DNA of 64,000 nt. Source: an uncultured Chloroflexia bacterium (GTDB lineage Bacteria > Chloroflexota > Limnocylindria > Limnocylindrales > CSP1-4). The translations under genes and the position numbers were made by a program. This document shows positions 31,291 to 40,211 of the stretch, one piece after another. The stretch spans positions 1-64,000 of the forward strand of contig CAVRGP010000001.1 of assembly GCA_963720755.1 (NCBI GenBank). Reading direction: 5' to 3'. Under the pieces are notes generated by a model. That model was not told where the DNA came from, ran no database searches, and saw only the letters and a list, made by a program, of their open reading frames with translations. The stretch's first letter is position 1; every line of letters begins with the position of its first letter.

Positions 31291-32549
31291 TCAGGCCGTT
31301 GCGTCAGCTGGCGTGAACGAGCACGGCACGCTCTCGAAGAGGTCCAGAAACGGATTCGGGGCATAGGTCGGCTCGCTCGACAACTCGATGTCCGGGAGCA
31401 GGCGGAACACTTCACGGAAGAACGTGGCGAGCTCTGTTCGCGCGAGCGCCGCACCGAGACAGTGGTGCGGACCGCCTCCTCCGAACCCGACGTGAGGGTT
31501 CGGACTCCGGCTGATATCGAACCGGTAGGGATCCTCGAAGACAGTCTCATCTCAATTCGCTGATTGATAGAAGATCAAGACGTTGTCGCCCTGTCCGATC
31601 CTCTGGCCGGCGATCTCGGTCTGGCGCGTCGCCACGCGCCGGAAGTGAATGATCGGCGCCCCCCATCGAAGCATCTCTTCGACTGCTCCCGAGGCAAGTT
31701 CGTCGAAGTCGGATTGCCAACGAGCGCGCTCTGCCGGATTGTGGCTCAGGGCGACCATGCCGTGGGCCGCTGTCGTTCCTGTCGTTTCGCTGCCGCCCGT
31801 CAGAATGGTCCAGAAGGTCGAGCCGATGTCCGCATCACTCAGACGCTCGCCGTCGATCTCGGCCTGAACGAGCGCAGTGGTGAGATCGTCCGTCGGGTGC
31901 TGCTGCCGGTGCCGCGCGAGTTCTGAGCCGTATTCGATCACGGCATGCGCGGCCGCGATCAAATCTTCGATCGTCGTGTCCCCCACACCGAATTCGACTC
32001 CGATCTCCATCGTGTGCAGTAACTCCGCACGATCGGACTCCGGCACGCCGAGCATGTCGCAGATGACGTTGGCCGGGAACGGACGGACGAGATCGTTGTA
32101 GAAGTCGCATTCGCCTCGCTCCGCCACTGCCGCTACGCAGAGCCGCGCCTGGTCGGTGATCCAGTCTTCGATCCGTCGCATCACCCGGGGGCTGAATGCC
32201 GCCGACACGAGCTTCCTGATCTGAGCATGCCGTGGGTCATCGAGCCCAAGAAATCCGTCGTAGAGGCGCTGCACATCACGAGGCAGATTGTCAAACAACA
32301 TCACGCCTTCGCCGGCGATGAAGGTGTGCGGATCCCGTGTAACCGCACAGAGGTCCGCGTGACGTGTGATCGCCCAATACCCCCAGGCGGACCGTACTCG
32401 GCGGGAGACCACGTGACCGGCGGGGAATGCCGAGACACTGGGAGTTCGCGCCTCAGGGTGTCGAATGCGGCGAATCGCACCTCGCGCGGGAGCTGCCAAA
32501 ACTCTGGATCAGACAGATCAATCTCGGATGCATTCAGCACAATCCCCAC
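31291..32549 (-). CDS. Cytochrome P450 (CYP124/125-like), two frameshifts
   Basis: IDLSDPEFW, GYWAITRHAD, DDPRH, GGSETT, EEMLR; FGGGGPHHCLG read in a shifted frame near 31460-31495. Confidence 0.85.
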
Positions 32550-32828
32550 TCGCTATCTCCTCGTCGGCGAACGCAATCTCGATGAAATCGATTGTAGACA
32601 CGGGGGACATCCGACGACCCTCACGTTGGCGACCATCGATACCCAATACCGAGGATGGTTGTCGTCCCGACACGATGCCCCGTACGTGGCCTTGATACTG
32701 AGCTGCGCCAGGAGACTCGCTCCGGCGCTTGAGGTAGCACTCTAGAGGACGTGAGGCGGTCAGCGACGGTAGGCTCCGTGACCAGGTGGCGCCAAATCGA
32801 CGGCCGGAGCCGAACTGCTCCTTGGTGA

Positions 32829-33296
32829 CTAGCTAGTCGCAGACTGCACGGTCGTGCCGGTTGCCCACGCACGAACAAGTTCTGCGCGATGCCAATTGCT
32901 CACGTCATACCAGGAGGAGATCGCCTGAGTCAGCGTCTGCTCATCGTCACGACGCCCTGCGGCGATGACCCGTGCGCAAATCGCCCTGGCAACCAGTGCG
33001 TGAGTCGTACGCTCGACGACGAGCGTTGTGTCGCCTATCAGCCTCGCGGCACTTTCGGCTGCCTCAGCCAGGATCAATGACTGGCGGGTGAACATCGCGG
33101 CGCGTTCACCTGGGAGCAGTGACGCTCCCGAGATCATCAGAAGGACTGCCGCCTCGATCGGCTCGACGATGTGCCCCGACCGATAACGCAGCGGGATGTC
33201 GCGACCGTCGAATCCTCGGAGGGGCAAGCCGAGGGCTAAGCGGAGTGCCAGGACGTCCAGGTCCTCTGGCGCCGCTCCGGGCCTCATCGCGGGCAT
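32829..33296 (-). CDS. Hypothetical protein
   Basis: 155-aa ORF with helical, protein-like composition; no recognised motif. Confidence 0.45.
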   Translation of the reverse strand: MPAMRPGAAPEDLDVLALRLALGLPLRGFDGRDIPLRYRSGHIVEPIEAAVLLMISGASLLPGERAAMFTRQSLILAEAAESAARLIGDTTLVVERTTHALVARAICARVIAAGRRDDEQTLTQAISSWYDVSNWHRAELVRAWATGTTVQSATS

Positions 33297-33966
33297 CGAG
33301 GGACATGATGGCTAGCCGAGATCACAGCACCGTGTGATCGGCGAGCCCAATGTGGCGGGACGCGCTGCGAGCCATGGTCAATACCGCAGCATCCACAGCG
33401 GAGGTCGTGGGTCATAATCACGCATGTCCTGACCATATTTCCGGCAGGCTGCGGTTTCGCCAGCCGGTCGGTGAAGAACTCGAAATGGTGGAAAGCGCCG
33501 ACCGGATCTGTCGATGGGGGCCGCGGATTCCAGCTCTGCACTCGCTGCGGGTACGGCGAGGCGGCCCGCGCGCCAGGCCCGGCCGGCCGAGGGCGCCGCC
33601 GCGTCGGACGCCGGGACATTCGGCGCGCGGTTGGGCGAGAGTGCACCAACTGGCTCGAGGCTGCGCAGCTCGGCCAACCTTAGAACGTGTAGATGCGACC
33701 GAGCGATGGCGACTGCGCGTCTGGAGAGGATCAACCCATCAGCCGATTAGGTTGGCGCCCGATCCGCCTCAGGTTGACATTCTGCTGCGCCGACAGACCC
33801 CCAGGGGCGACGACCAGGAGTGCGCGCAGTATGGTGGGATCCGGCTCGGCGCCGATCTCACCGCAGCTGCTGGACTCGGGCCAAGATGATCCATGCCGAA
33901 TTGGTCGCTGCCAGCGTCGCAGACCTCTCAATCATGAGGGGGTCTGATCATCTTGGGGAGGATGTC

Positions 33967-34590
33967 GTGGCAAGCGAAGTACCGTACATGACGAGTGCCA
34001 AGAACCTCACGGCGATCTTCGCCAAGATCAAGGGGGCAGGAACGCCGCCAAAGTTCACAAACGAATTCCTGAAGGCGAACCTCGGGTTCCCGAGTTCAAA
34101 TGATAGGACGGTAATTCGAGTTCTGAAGGCGCTCGGATTTCTGTCTGCCAATTCGGTCCCAACACCCCGATATAACGAATTCAGGGAGGGAGGGAAGTCG
34201 GGCCGCGCCATGGTCGCCGGTCTGCGGGAAGGATGGTCAAGCGTCCTCCTGGGCGACCAACGTGCCTACGAACGTTCGCCCGCGCAGCTCGCGGAGCTAT
34301 TCAAGAACGTTACGGGGGCAGGTGAGGCCGTCGCCACCAAGATGGCAACGACCTTCAAGGGCCTTGCATCGCTTGCCTCGGCGTCTGACTGGACAGACGC
34401 GATGGCATCTGACACCCAGCAGAAGGAACAGGAGGTCGAGCCTACGACGGCCGAAATGGGCACGATCCGCTTGAGCGATCGGGGGCAGCTTTCCCTTCAC
34501 CACGATGTGCATGTGCACCTTCCAGCCACCTCAGACGTGAGCGTTTATACGGCGATCTTCCGAGCTCTTAGGACTGAGCTCCTTGACTGA
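33967..34590 (+). CDS. DUF5343-like protein
   Basis: PYM...IFAKIK.A.TPPKFT.EFL...LGF.SSNDR..I.VLKALGFL; C-terminal LHHDVHVHLP...IFRAL; GGGGAG SD before GTG. Confidence 0.8.
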   Translation: MASEVPYMTSAKNLTAIFAKIKGAGTPPKFTNEFLKANLGFPSSNDRTVIRVLKALGFLSANSVPTPRYNEFREGGKSGRAMVAGLREGWSSVLLGDQRAYERSPAQLAELFKNVTGAGEAVATKMATTFKGLASLASASDWTDAMASDTQQKEQEVEPTTAEMGTIRLSDRGQLSLHHDVHVHLPATSDVSVYTAIFRALRTELLD

Positions 34591-35164
34591 GTCAGTCAGC
34601 CTTCGCAATTGGCTATTCAAGGCGCTCGCCGTCGAAACCGCGCTCGATGCACTCGAATCGGATGGGGTGGGAGTCCGCGCCACTACCGACCCTGGTGCAC
34701 TCCAGCGCGTCATGCGCCTAGAAGAGTTCTCGCCGTCGGTTAGACGGGGGGCGATGGAGGCGCTTCCGGCCTACTTGGCGTTCTTCTGCCTGGAGAATGC
34801 GGTCCGTGAACTGATCACTGACCGTCTCGCCGAGAACCATGGCCCGTCATGGTGGCTGGACAAAGTCCCCGGCGCGATACGCGAGAAGACCTCCAGGAAG
34901 CAAGCGGCTGAGGGCAAGGATCGCTGGCACATGGCGCGCGGCGCTGCCGAGATCTACTACACAGATTTCGGAGATCTCAAGTCCATCATCACGTCGAATT
35001 GGCCGGACTTCGAGGACCTATTTCCGGATCAGAACTGGATCATCGCGCGTCTGGCAGAGCTCGAGGCGTCGAGGAACATCATTGCGCACAGCAACGTCCT
35101 CGAGGACCGAGAGATGATCCGGCTTCGACTCTACGTTCAGGACTGGCTGCGCCAAGTCGGCTGA
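34583..35164 (+). CDS. Swt1-like HEPN domain protein (putative RNase)
   Basis: FCLENAVRELI, WW, YTDFGDL..II..NW..F, RNIIAH (Rx4H); 8-bp overlap with the upstream gene. Confidence 0.82.
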   Translation: MTESVSLRNWLFKALAVETALDALESDGVGVRATTDPGALQRVMRLEEFSPSVRRGAMEALPAYLAFFCLENAVRELITDRLAENHGPSWWLDKVPGAIREKTSRKQAAEGKDRWHMARGAAEIYYTDFGDLKSIITSNWPDFEDLFPDQNWIIARLAELEASRNIIAHSNVLEDREMIRLRLYVQDWLRQVG

Positions 35165-35300
35165 CCGAGCCTGGTCCCAATGTTCGAGCCTCCTTCTCCG
35201 TTGACCGCCGCGCCTGTCCCATCCCGTAGCGTCGGCGGCCTGTCTGGGTCCCTGCATTGCGCCCGTCACAGCCCGCGACTAGAAATCCGCCTTCTCCCGA

Positions 35301-35376
35301 GCGGGAGTAGCTCAGTCGGCAGAGCGTCTGCTTCCCAAGCAGAAGGTCGCGAGTTCGAACCTCGTCTCCCGCTCCA
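35301..35376 (+). tRNA. tRNA-Gly (CCC)
   Basis: GCGGGAG acceptor stem, anticodon arm TCTGC-TTCCCAA-GCAGA, GTTCGAA T-loop, encoded CCA. Confidence 0.97.
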
Positions 35377-35429
35377 CGTTTCCACGTTGATCCAACCGCT
35401 GTGAGCACGATGGAGGGCGGTCGAACTCG

Positions 35430-36113
35430 ATGGAACGTGACGATCCCGCCTACGGGGGGCAGCGCGAGTACACCCCGTTTTTCCTCAGGATCTACGACCC
35501 GGTGATCCTTGGCTTCTTCACACGGGTCGTATGGCGATGCCCGCCGGGCCGACTGGTCGAGGGATACCGGCGACACGCGCGTCCTCGACACCTCGATGTT
35601 GGTCCGGGTACGGGCTACTTCCTGGAACGGGCCGGCCTGCCTGTGGGCAGCCCAGTCACGATCCTCGACCCGAATGCGCACGTCCTCGATCACGCCTCCC
35701 GGCGGCTGCGGCGGTTGGACATCACGACCGTCGAGGCCGATGTCCTCAAACCGCTGCCTCTCGATGGGCCGTTCGATTCCGCCGCCCTCAGCGGCGTGAT
35801 CCACTGCCTGCCCGGACCGCTCTCGCGCAAGGCCACGGCCATCGCCAACGTGGCGGCCGTTCTGGCACCGACCGGCGTCCTCTTCGGCGCGTCGATCCTC
35901 GGGGCGTCCGGGCGACATGGCTGGTTCGCGAGGAGGTTGCTCGACTCCAACAATCGGCGGGGCGTCTTCGACAACCTGGGCGACACCCAGGAAGGGCTCA
36001 GCGAGATCCTCACGGCATCGTTCGAGCAGGTGCAGCTGGAGACGGTCGGCTCGTTCGCGATCTTCACGGCCACGAATCCGCGCACGACCTCGTCCACCGT
36101 CGCGACACAATAG
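35430..36113 (+). CDS. Class I SAM-dependent methyltransferase
   Basis: HLDVGPGTG, ILDPN, FDSA...IHCLPG. Confidence 0.85.
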   Translation: MERDDPAYGGQREYTPFFLRIYDPVILGFFTRVVWRCPPGRLVEGYRRHARPRHLDVGPGTGYFLERAGLPVGSPVTILDPNAHVLDHASRRLRRLDITTVEADVLKPLPLDGPFDSAALSGVIHCLPGPLSRKATAIANVAAVLAPTGVLFGASILGASGRHGWFARRLLDSNNRRGVFDNLGDTQEGLSEILTASFEQVQLETVGSFAIFTATNPRTTSSTVATQ

Positions 36114-36301
36114 GGACGCCCGCGTTTCTTGCGTCCACGACGACCTCCTCGACGGGGACGGACAACGTGATCCGGTTCACGACGACGACCTCCACGGCGG
36201 GCCTCCACGTGATGCCGCGTCCGTCGCGGCGAAGGGGCGAAGTATCGCACCGGCTACGGCGGCAACGGATCAACGTCGGGCTCCGGCCGTAGACTTCCTC
36301 G

Positions 36302-37051
36302 ATGCGTCTTCAACGACTTGCGCCCCTGGTTGCCGCGATCGTCCTGGCCAGCTCGCTCGGCATCGGGTCTGCCTCGGTCGCCGCTGCCGCCACGCCGCTC
36401 GCCGGCATCGTCATCGCGATCGACCCAGGACACGACGGCGGGAACGCGAGCCACCCCAGGCGGATCTCGCGGCTGGTCTGGTCCGGGACCGCGTGGAAGG
36501 CATGCAACACGGTCGGGACATCGACCCGCAGCGGCTACCCGGAACACAGGTTCAACTTCTCCGTGGCGCGGCGGGTCAAGGCGCGCCTCGAGGCACTCGG
36601 CGCGACGGTATTCATGACCAGGACGAGCGACACGGGTGTCGGCCCGTGCGTCGACGTGCGAGGACGGTTCGGGGCGAAGGTCCACGCCCAACTGATGGTG
36701 AGCATCCATGCCAACGGGGCGGCGTCGTCGGACCGCGGCTTCTTCGTGATGCGACCGGGCCTCGTCCGCGGCTACACGGAGGACATCCTCAAGCGCTCGC
36801 TGAAGCTCGCCCGGGCGTTGCGAACGGGTCTCACTGGAGCCTCGGTACCGATCGCCAACTACTACACCTCGACCGGGATCAGGAAGCGAACCGATCTCGC
36901 CGGTCTCACGCTGTCCGATGTGCCGGCCGTCATGTTGGAGCTCGGCAACATGAAGAACGCGAGCGACGCCAGGCGGATGAAGAGTACGGGCGGCCGCGAT
37001 CGGTATGCGAACGGGATCGTCGCCGGGATCCGCGTCTACCTGGGCCGGTAG
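36302..37051 (+). CDS. N-acetylmuramoyl-L-alanine amidase (Amidase_3), secreted
   Basis: Signal peptide, IDPGH, PEH, VFMTR, SIHAN, LELGNM. Confidence 0.92.
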   Translation: MRLQRLAPLVAAIVLASSLGIGSASVAAAATPLAGIVIAIDPGHDGGNASHPRRISRLVWSGTAWKACNTVGTSTRSGYPEHRFNFSVARRVKARLEALGATVFMTRTSDTGVGPCVDVRGRFGAKVHAQLMVSIHANGAASSDRGFFVMRPGLVRGYTEDILKRSLKLARALRTGLTGASVPIANYYTSTGIRKRTDLAGLTLSDVPAVMLELGNMKNASDARRMKSTGGRDRYANGIVAGIRVYLGR

Positions 37052-37069
37052 CCGCGCGAGGGACCGGAC

Positions 37070-37534
37070 CTACGCCCAGGTTCGATACGGATGGGCGACC
37101 AGGCTGGCATTGAAGTAGCGACGGTCATCGGTCACCTCGAGCCCCACCCACTCCGGGGGAGTCACGGCGGTCGCCTCGGTCGGTAGTTCGATCTCGGCAA
37201 CGACGAGGCCGGCGTTCTCGCCCCCGAAGACATCGACCTCCCAGGTCAACGATCCATCGGGGATCCGATACCTGGTCTTGACGATGGGCGGTCCGACGCA
37301 CAGCGCGACCAGCGCATCGACCTCCCCGACCGGGATCTCGTACTCGAACTCCGGCCGGGCGGCGCCGACACTGCGCCCCTTGATCGTCAGGAACGCGCGG
37401 TCGCCGGCCCGACGGACGCGCACCGTCCGGTCCGGATCGGTCGAGAGGTAACCCTGGACGAACTCGGTGCCGGTCAGTCCATCGAGAACGCTTCGATCCC
37501 GGACCAGAAACTTGCGCTCGATCTCGATCCCCAT
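37070..37534 (-). CDS. CYTH domain protein
   Basis: EIERKFLV, QGYL, VRVR, LTIKG, EFEY, WEVDVF, AEIEL. Confidence 0.92.
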   Translation of the reverse strand: MGIEIERKFLVRDRSVLDGLTGTEFVQGYLSTDPDRTVRVRRAGDRAFLTIKGRSVGAARPEFEYEIPVGEVDALVALCVGPPIVKTRYRIPDGSLTWEVDVFGGENAGLVVAEIELPTEATAVTPPEWVGLEVTDDRRYFNASLVAHPYRTWA

Positions 37535-37569
37535 GCGTGGATTGTCGTTCAGTGACCGGTTCGGTGCTC

Positions 37570-37614
37570 TTGACAATGTGGAATGTCTGACACATTATCT
37601 ACACATGTCAGACA
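37570..37614 (+). promoter_or_regulatory. Sigma70-like leaderless promoter with inverted-repeat operator
   Basis: TTGACA-17bp-CATTAT-6bp-ATG; TGTCTGACA (37584) / TGTCAGACA (37606) inverted repeat. Confidence 0.65.
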
Positions 37615-38159
37615 AACGACGATCCCAAGGCACCGCCGGGGCGATCCCGACCACCACCCTGCGGGACTTCCTGCGTGGCGGCTACCAGGACGTCAAGGAG
37701 CCGACCCTCGTCCTCTATCACGCAGCGATCCTGGGCACCTTCGTGCCTGGTGTCATCACGTCCCGCTACAAGTGGACGCCGAATGCGCTCATCGAAGCCG
37801 AGCACCTGGAGGCGGAGCAAGCGGCCGCGCCATCCATGCGGTCGACCATGGCGCCTCCTTTCCTGGCCCGCGCCATCCCGATGTCCGACGAGATCGCTGC
37901 GCCCCGTGGCGCGCACGAGCCGGGTGGTGCGCATGAGCCCGGCGATGCGCACGAGCCAAGCACGCGGGTCGCGTACCGCACCCTCCGCAGGTCTACCCCC
38001 TCCCCGATCCCGGCGGTCAACCCGATCCGCTACCCATCAAGCCCATCCGCTCCCATCAGCGCGCCCCCCACGGCGCCCGCCACGACGCCGGTCAGCGCCG
38101 ATCCTGCCTGGCTGACAGGCGACCTGCGCACCACGCGCCGTACCTCCAGAAGGAGTTGA
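37605..38159 (+). CDS. Hypothetical protein: possible Phd/YefM-like N-terminus plus Pro/Ala-rich tail
   Basis: TTLRDFLR...EPTLVLYH..ILGTFVP; 3 x GAHEPG-like repeats. Confidence 0.5.
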   Translation: MSDKRRSQGTAGAIPTTTLRDFLRGGYQDVKEPTLVLYHAAILGTFVPGVITSRYKWTPNALIEAEHLEAEQAAAPSMRSTMAPPFLARAIPMSDEIAAPRGAHEPGGAHEPGDAHEPSTRVAYRTLRRSTPSPIPAVNPIRYPSSPSAPISAPPTAPATTPVSADPAWLTGDLRTTRRTSRRS

Positions 38160-38164
38160 AACCC

Positions 38165-38839
38165 ATGGCCAAGAAGACCACTACCACCACGTCCACCGAC
38201 ATCCTTATCAACGTCGTCCTCGACCGGTCGGGTTCGATGGCCTCCATCCTCGACTCGACGATCGAGGGCTACAACGGCTTCCTGACAGAGCAGGCAAAGC
38301 TGCCGGGAGCCCGCTTCTCGCTCACCCAGTTCGATACCGAAGGGATCGACCACGACTACACGAACGTGCCGGTCGGGCAGGTCCACAAGCTGTCACGCGA
38401 CACCTTCGTCCCGCGTGGGGGGACCCCGCTGTACGACGCGGTCGCTGCGTCGATCAACGCGGTCAGGGCCGGCAAGCCGAAGGGCCGGGTCGTCTTCGTC
38501 ATCATCACCGATGGTGCCGAGAACTCATCCCACGAGTACACCCGCGAACAGGTCTTCGACCTCGTCAACAAGCAGCGCATGGCCGGCTGGGAGTTCGTGT
38601 TCATGGGCGCCAATGTCGACGCCTACGCGACCGGCGAGGGACTCGGTGTCGCCCGGAACTCGTCGTATGCGTACAGTGCCGACGAGGCCGGCATGTCGCG
38701 GGCATTCGCTGCGGTCTCGCGCACGACCACGAACTACCGCTCGGGCGTGCTCGCCAGGATGGACATGAGCGTGGCCGACGACGAGCCCACGACCGACGAG
38801 TCGATCCCCCAGCCGACCGCGGCGCCCGCCCACCGGTAG
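38165..38839 (+). CDS. von Willebrand factor A domain protein
   Basis: MIDAS DRSGSM, GGTPLYDA, IITDGAENSS, FVFMGAN. Confidence 0.88.
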   Translation: MAKKTTTTTSTDILINVVLDRSGSMASILDSTIEGYNGFLTEQAKLPGARFSLTQFDTEGIDHDYTNVPVGQVHKLSRDTFVPRGGTPLYDAVAASINAVRAGKPKGRVVFVIITDGAENSSHEYTREQVFDLVNKQRMAGWEFVFMGANVDAYATGEGLGVARNSSYAYSADEAGMSRAFAAVSRTTTNYRSGVLARMDMSVADDEPTTDESIPQPTAAPAHR

Positions 38840-38878
38840 GCCGCCTTCAGGTCCGGCTGAGCCGATCGCCGCCGGGGC

Positions 38879-40018
38879 TCACGCGGACACCGGATCGTCG
38901 CCCAGGAAACGACGCAGGCTGCCCCGCCAGAGCGCCCGCCCATGGAACGAGACGTCCGGTCCGATCGCCGTCGTCCCGCCGTACCAGACGAGCGTCTTGA
39001 GCAGCGGCGTCAACTGCGCACCGTAGAGCTCCATGCATGCCTCGGGCTTGACCCCCGGCCATGAGTAGCAGGACACCACGGTCCGCCGATTGAGCGTCGG
39101 GATGACGGGCGGCATGAGGTCCCAGGCCGGATCGTCGGGGCCGAATTCCCATTGGTCCAGGTTGCCCTGGGGGATGCCCTCGATCCCGCGCACGACGGGC
39201 GGGTCGTCGTCGAGCAGATAGGGATCGACTGCCAGGTCACAGACGACCGCATGGTCCGGCAGCCAGCCGAGCCATGCATTCGGGAGCACCGGTCGGGACG
39301 TGTCGCGGCGGGCTGTGGCATCGACGAGGATGTCGGTCTGGCCCAGGCGGCGCTGGAAGTAGGCCTCGTCGCCGGACAGGTTCTGGTCGATCACCACGAC
39401 CTCGACGCCGGGCAGACCGTCGGCCATGAACCGCGCGTTGCGTTCCTCGTCGCCCGCCCTGACGGCCGACTCGATGGCCTGCTTGCCGACGCCGCCCGCG
39501 CCGACGATCGTCACGCTGATCGGCGGCCGGTCGGGCGAGAGCAGCGGCGGCCATCGCCGCTCGAGGGCGTCGAATGCGGAGGAGATCCCGTTGCGGGCCA
39601 CGTCACGCAGGTTCTGGATGAGGCGCTGTCCGTTGTCCCCGGTGACCATGTCCATCGCGATGGCCTCGATGCCCAGGCGGCGCAACAGCTCGACACGCTC
39701 CGGCCGGGTCGCGAAGTGGAGCATCGAGATCAGGATCGCGCCAGGCTGGACCAGTTCGTACCGTCCCTCGGGTGCCCGCAGGACGACCACGATCGCCTGG
39801 CCATACGCGGTGGCCTCGTCGACGATGTGCACCCTCGGCGACATCGCCATGTAGTCGTCGTCGGAGAACCCCATGCCGGTTCCGCTGCCGGTTTCGACAT
39901 ACACGTGGACATCCATGTCCGCGAGCAGACCGACGAGCGACGGCAGGAACGCCCGCCGCTCACCTGGCTCGTTGTACATGCGCGGGAAGCCGATCGTGAG
40001 CTGACGCTCGCTGGCCAT
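38879..40018 (-). CDS. AlaDH/PNT-family NAD(P)-dependent oxidoreductase (CEOS-like), paralogue 1
   Basis: IGFPRM..EPGERR, VETGSG..MGFSDDDY, MLHF, VGAGGVG, DLAVD. Confidence 0.75.
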   Translation of the reverse strand: MASERQLTIGFPRMYNEPGERRAFLPSLVGLLADMDVHVYVETGSGTGMGFSDDDYMAMSPRVHIVDEATAYGQAIVVVLRAPEGRYELVQPGAILISMLHFATRPERVELLRRLGIEAIAMDMVTGDNGQRLIQNLRDVARNGISSAFDALERRWPPLLSPDRPPISVTIVGAGGVGKQAIESAVRAGDEERNARFMADGLPGVEVVVIDQNLSGDEAYFQRRLGQTDILVDATARRDTSRPVLPNAWLGWLPDHAVVCDLAVDPYLLDDDPPVVRGIEGIPQGNLDQWEFGPDDPAWDLMPPVIPTLNRRTVVSCYSWPGVKPEACMELYGAQLTPLLKTLVWYGGTTAIGPDVSFHGRALWRGSLRRFLGDDPVSA

Positions 40019-40211
40019 GCTCCGCCTCACTATCGTCGCCCTTCGGAAGTGGGCGGCTGCCAAGAGCATCGCACCGCCGCGGCCGTGGCGCTTGGCGACA
40101 TCGCTGGGCAGGCCGTGGGACCGGTCCGGACACACCGCGGCGATCGCGAGTGGCTATCGTTGTGGAGACCGCCGGGGCGAACAGCCTTCGGCGCGGGGGC
40201 AGGAGGTAGTG

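Noticed and set aside
36114-36290. Short direct repeat (CGACGACCTCC) and a small minus-strand ORF after the methyltransferase
   Set aside because: Too short and GC-rich to be significant; no match to the tRNA end, so not an att site
37070-37534. CYTH protein as part of the cAMP locus
   Set aside because: It is 11 kb away, and most short CYTH proteins are triphosphatases rather than cyclases
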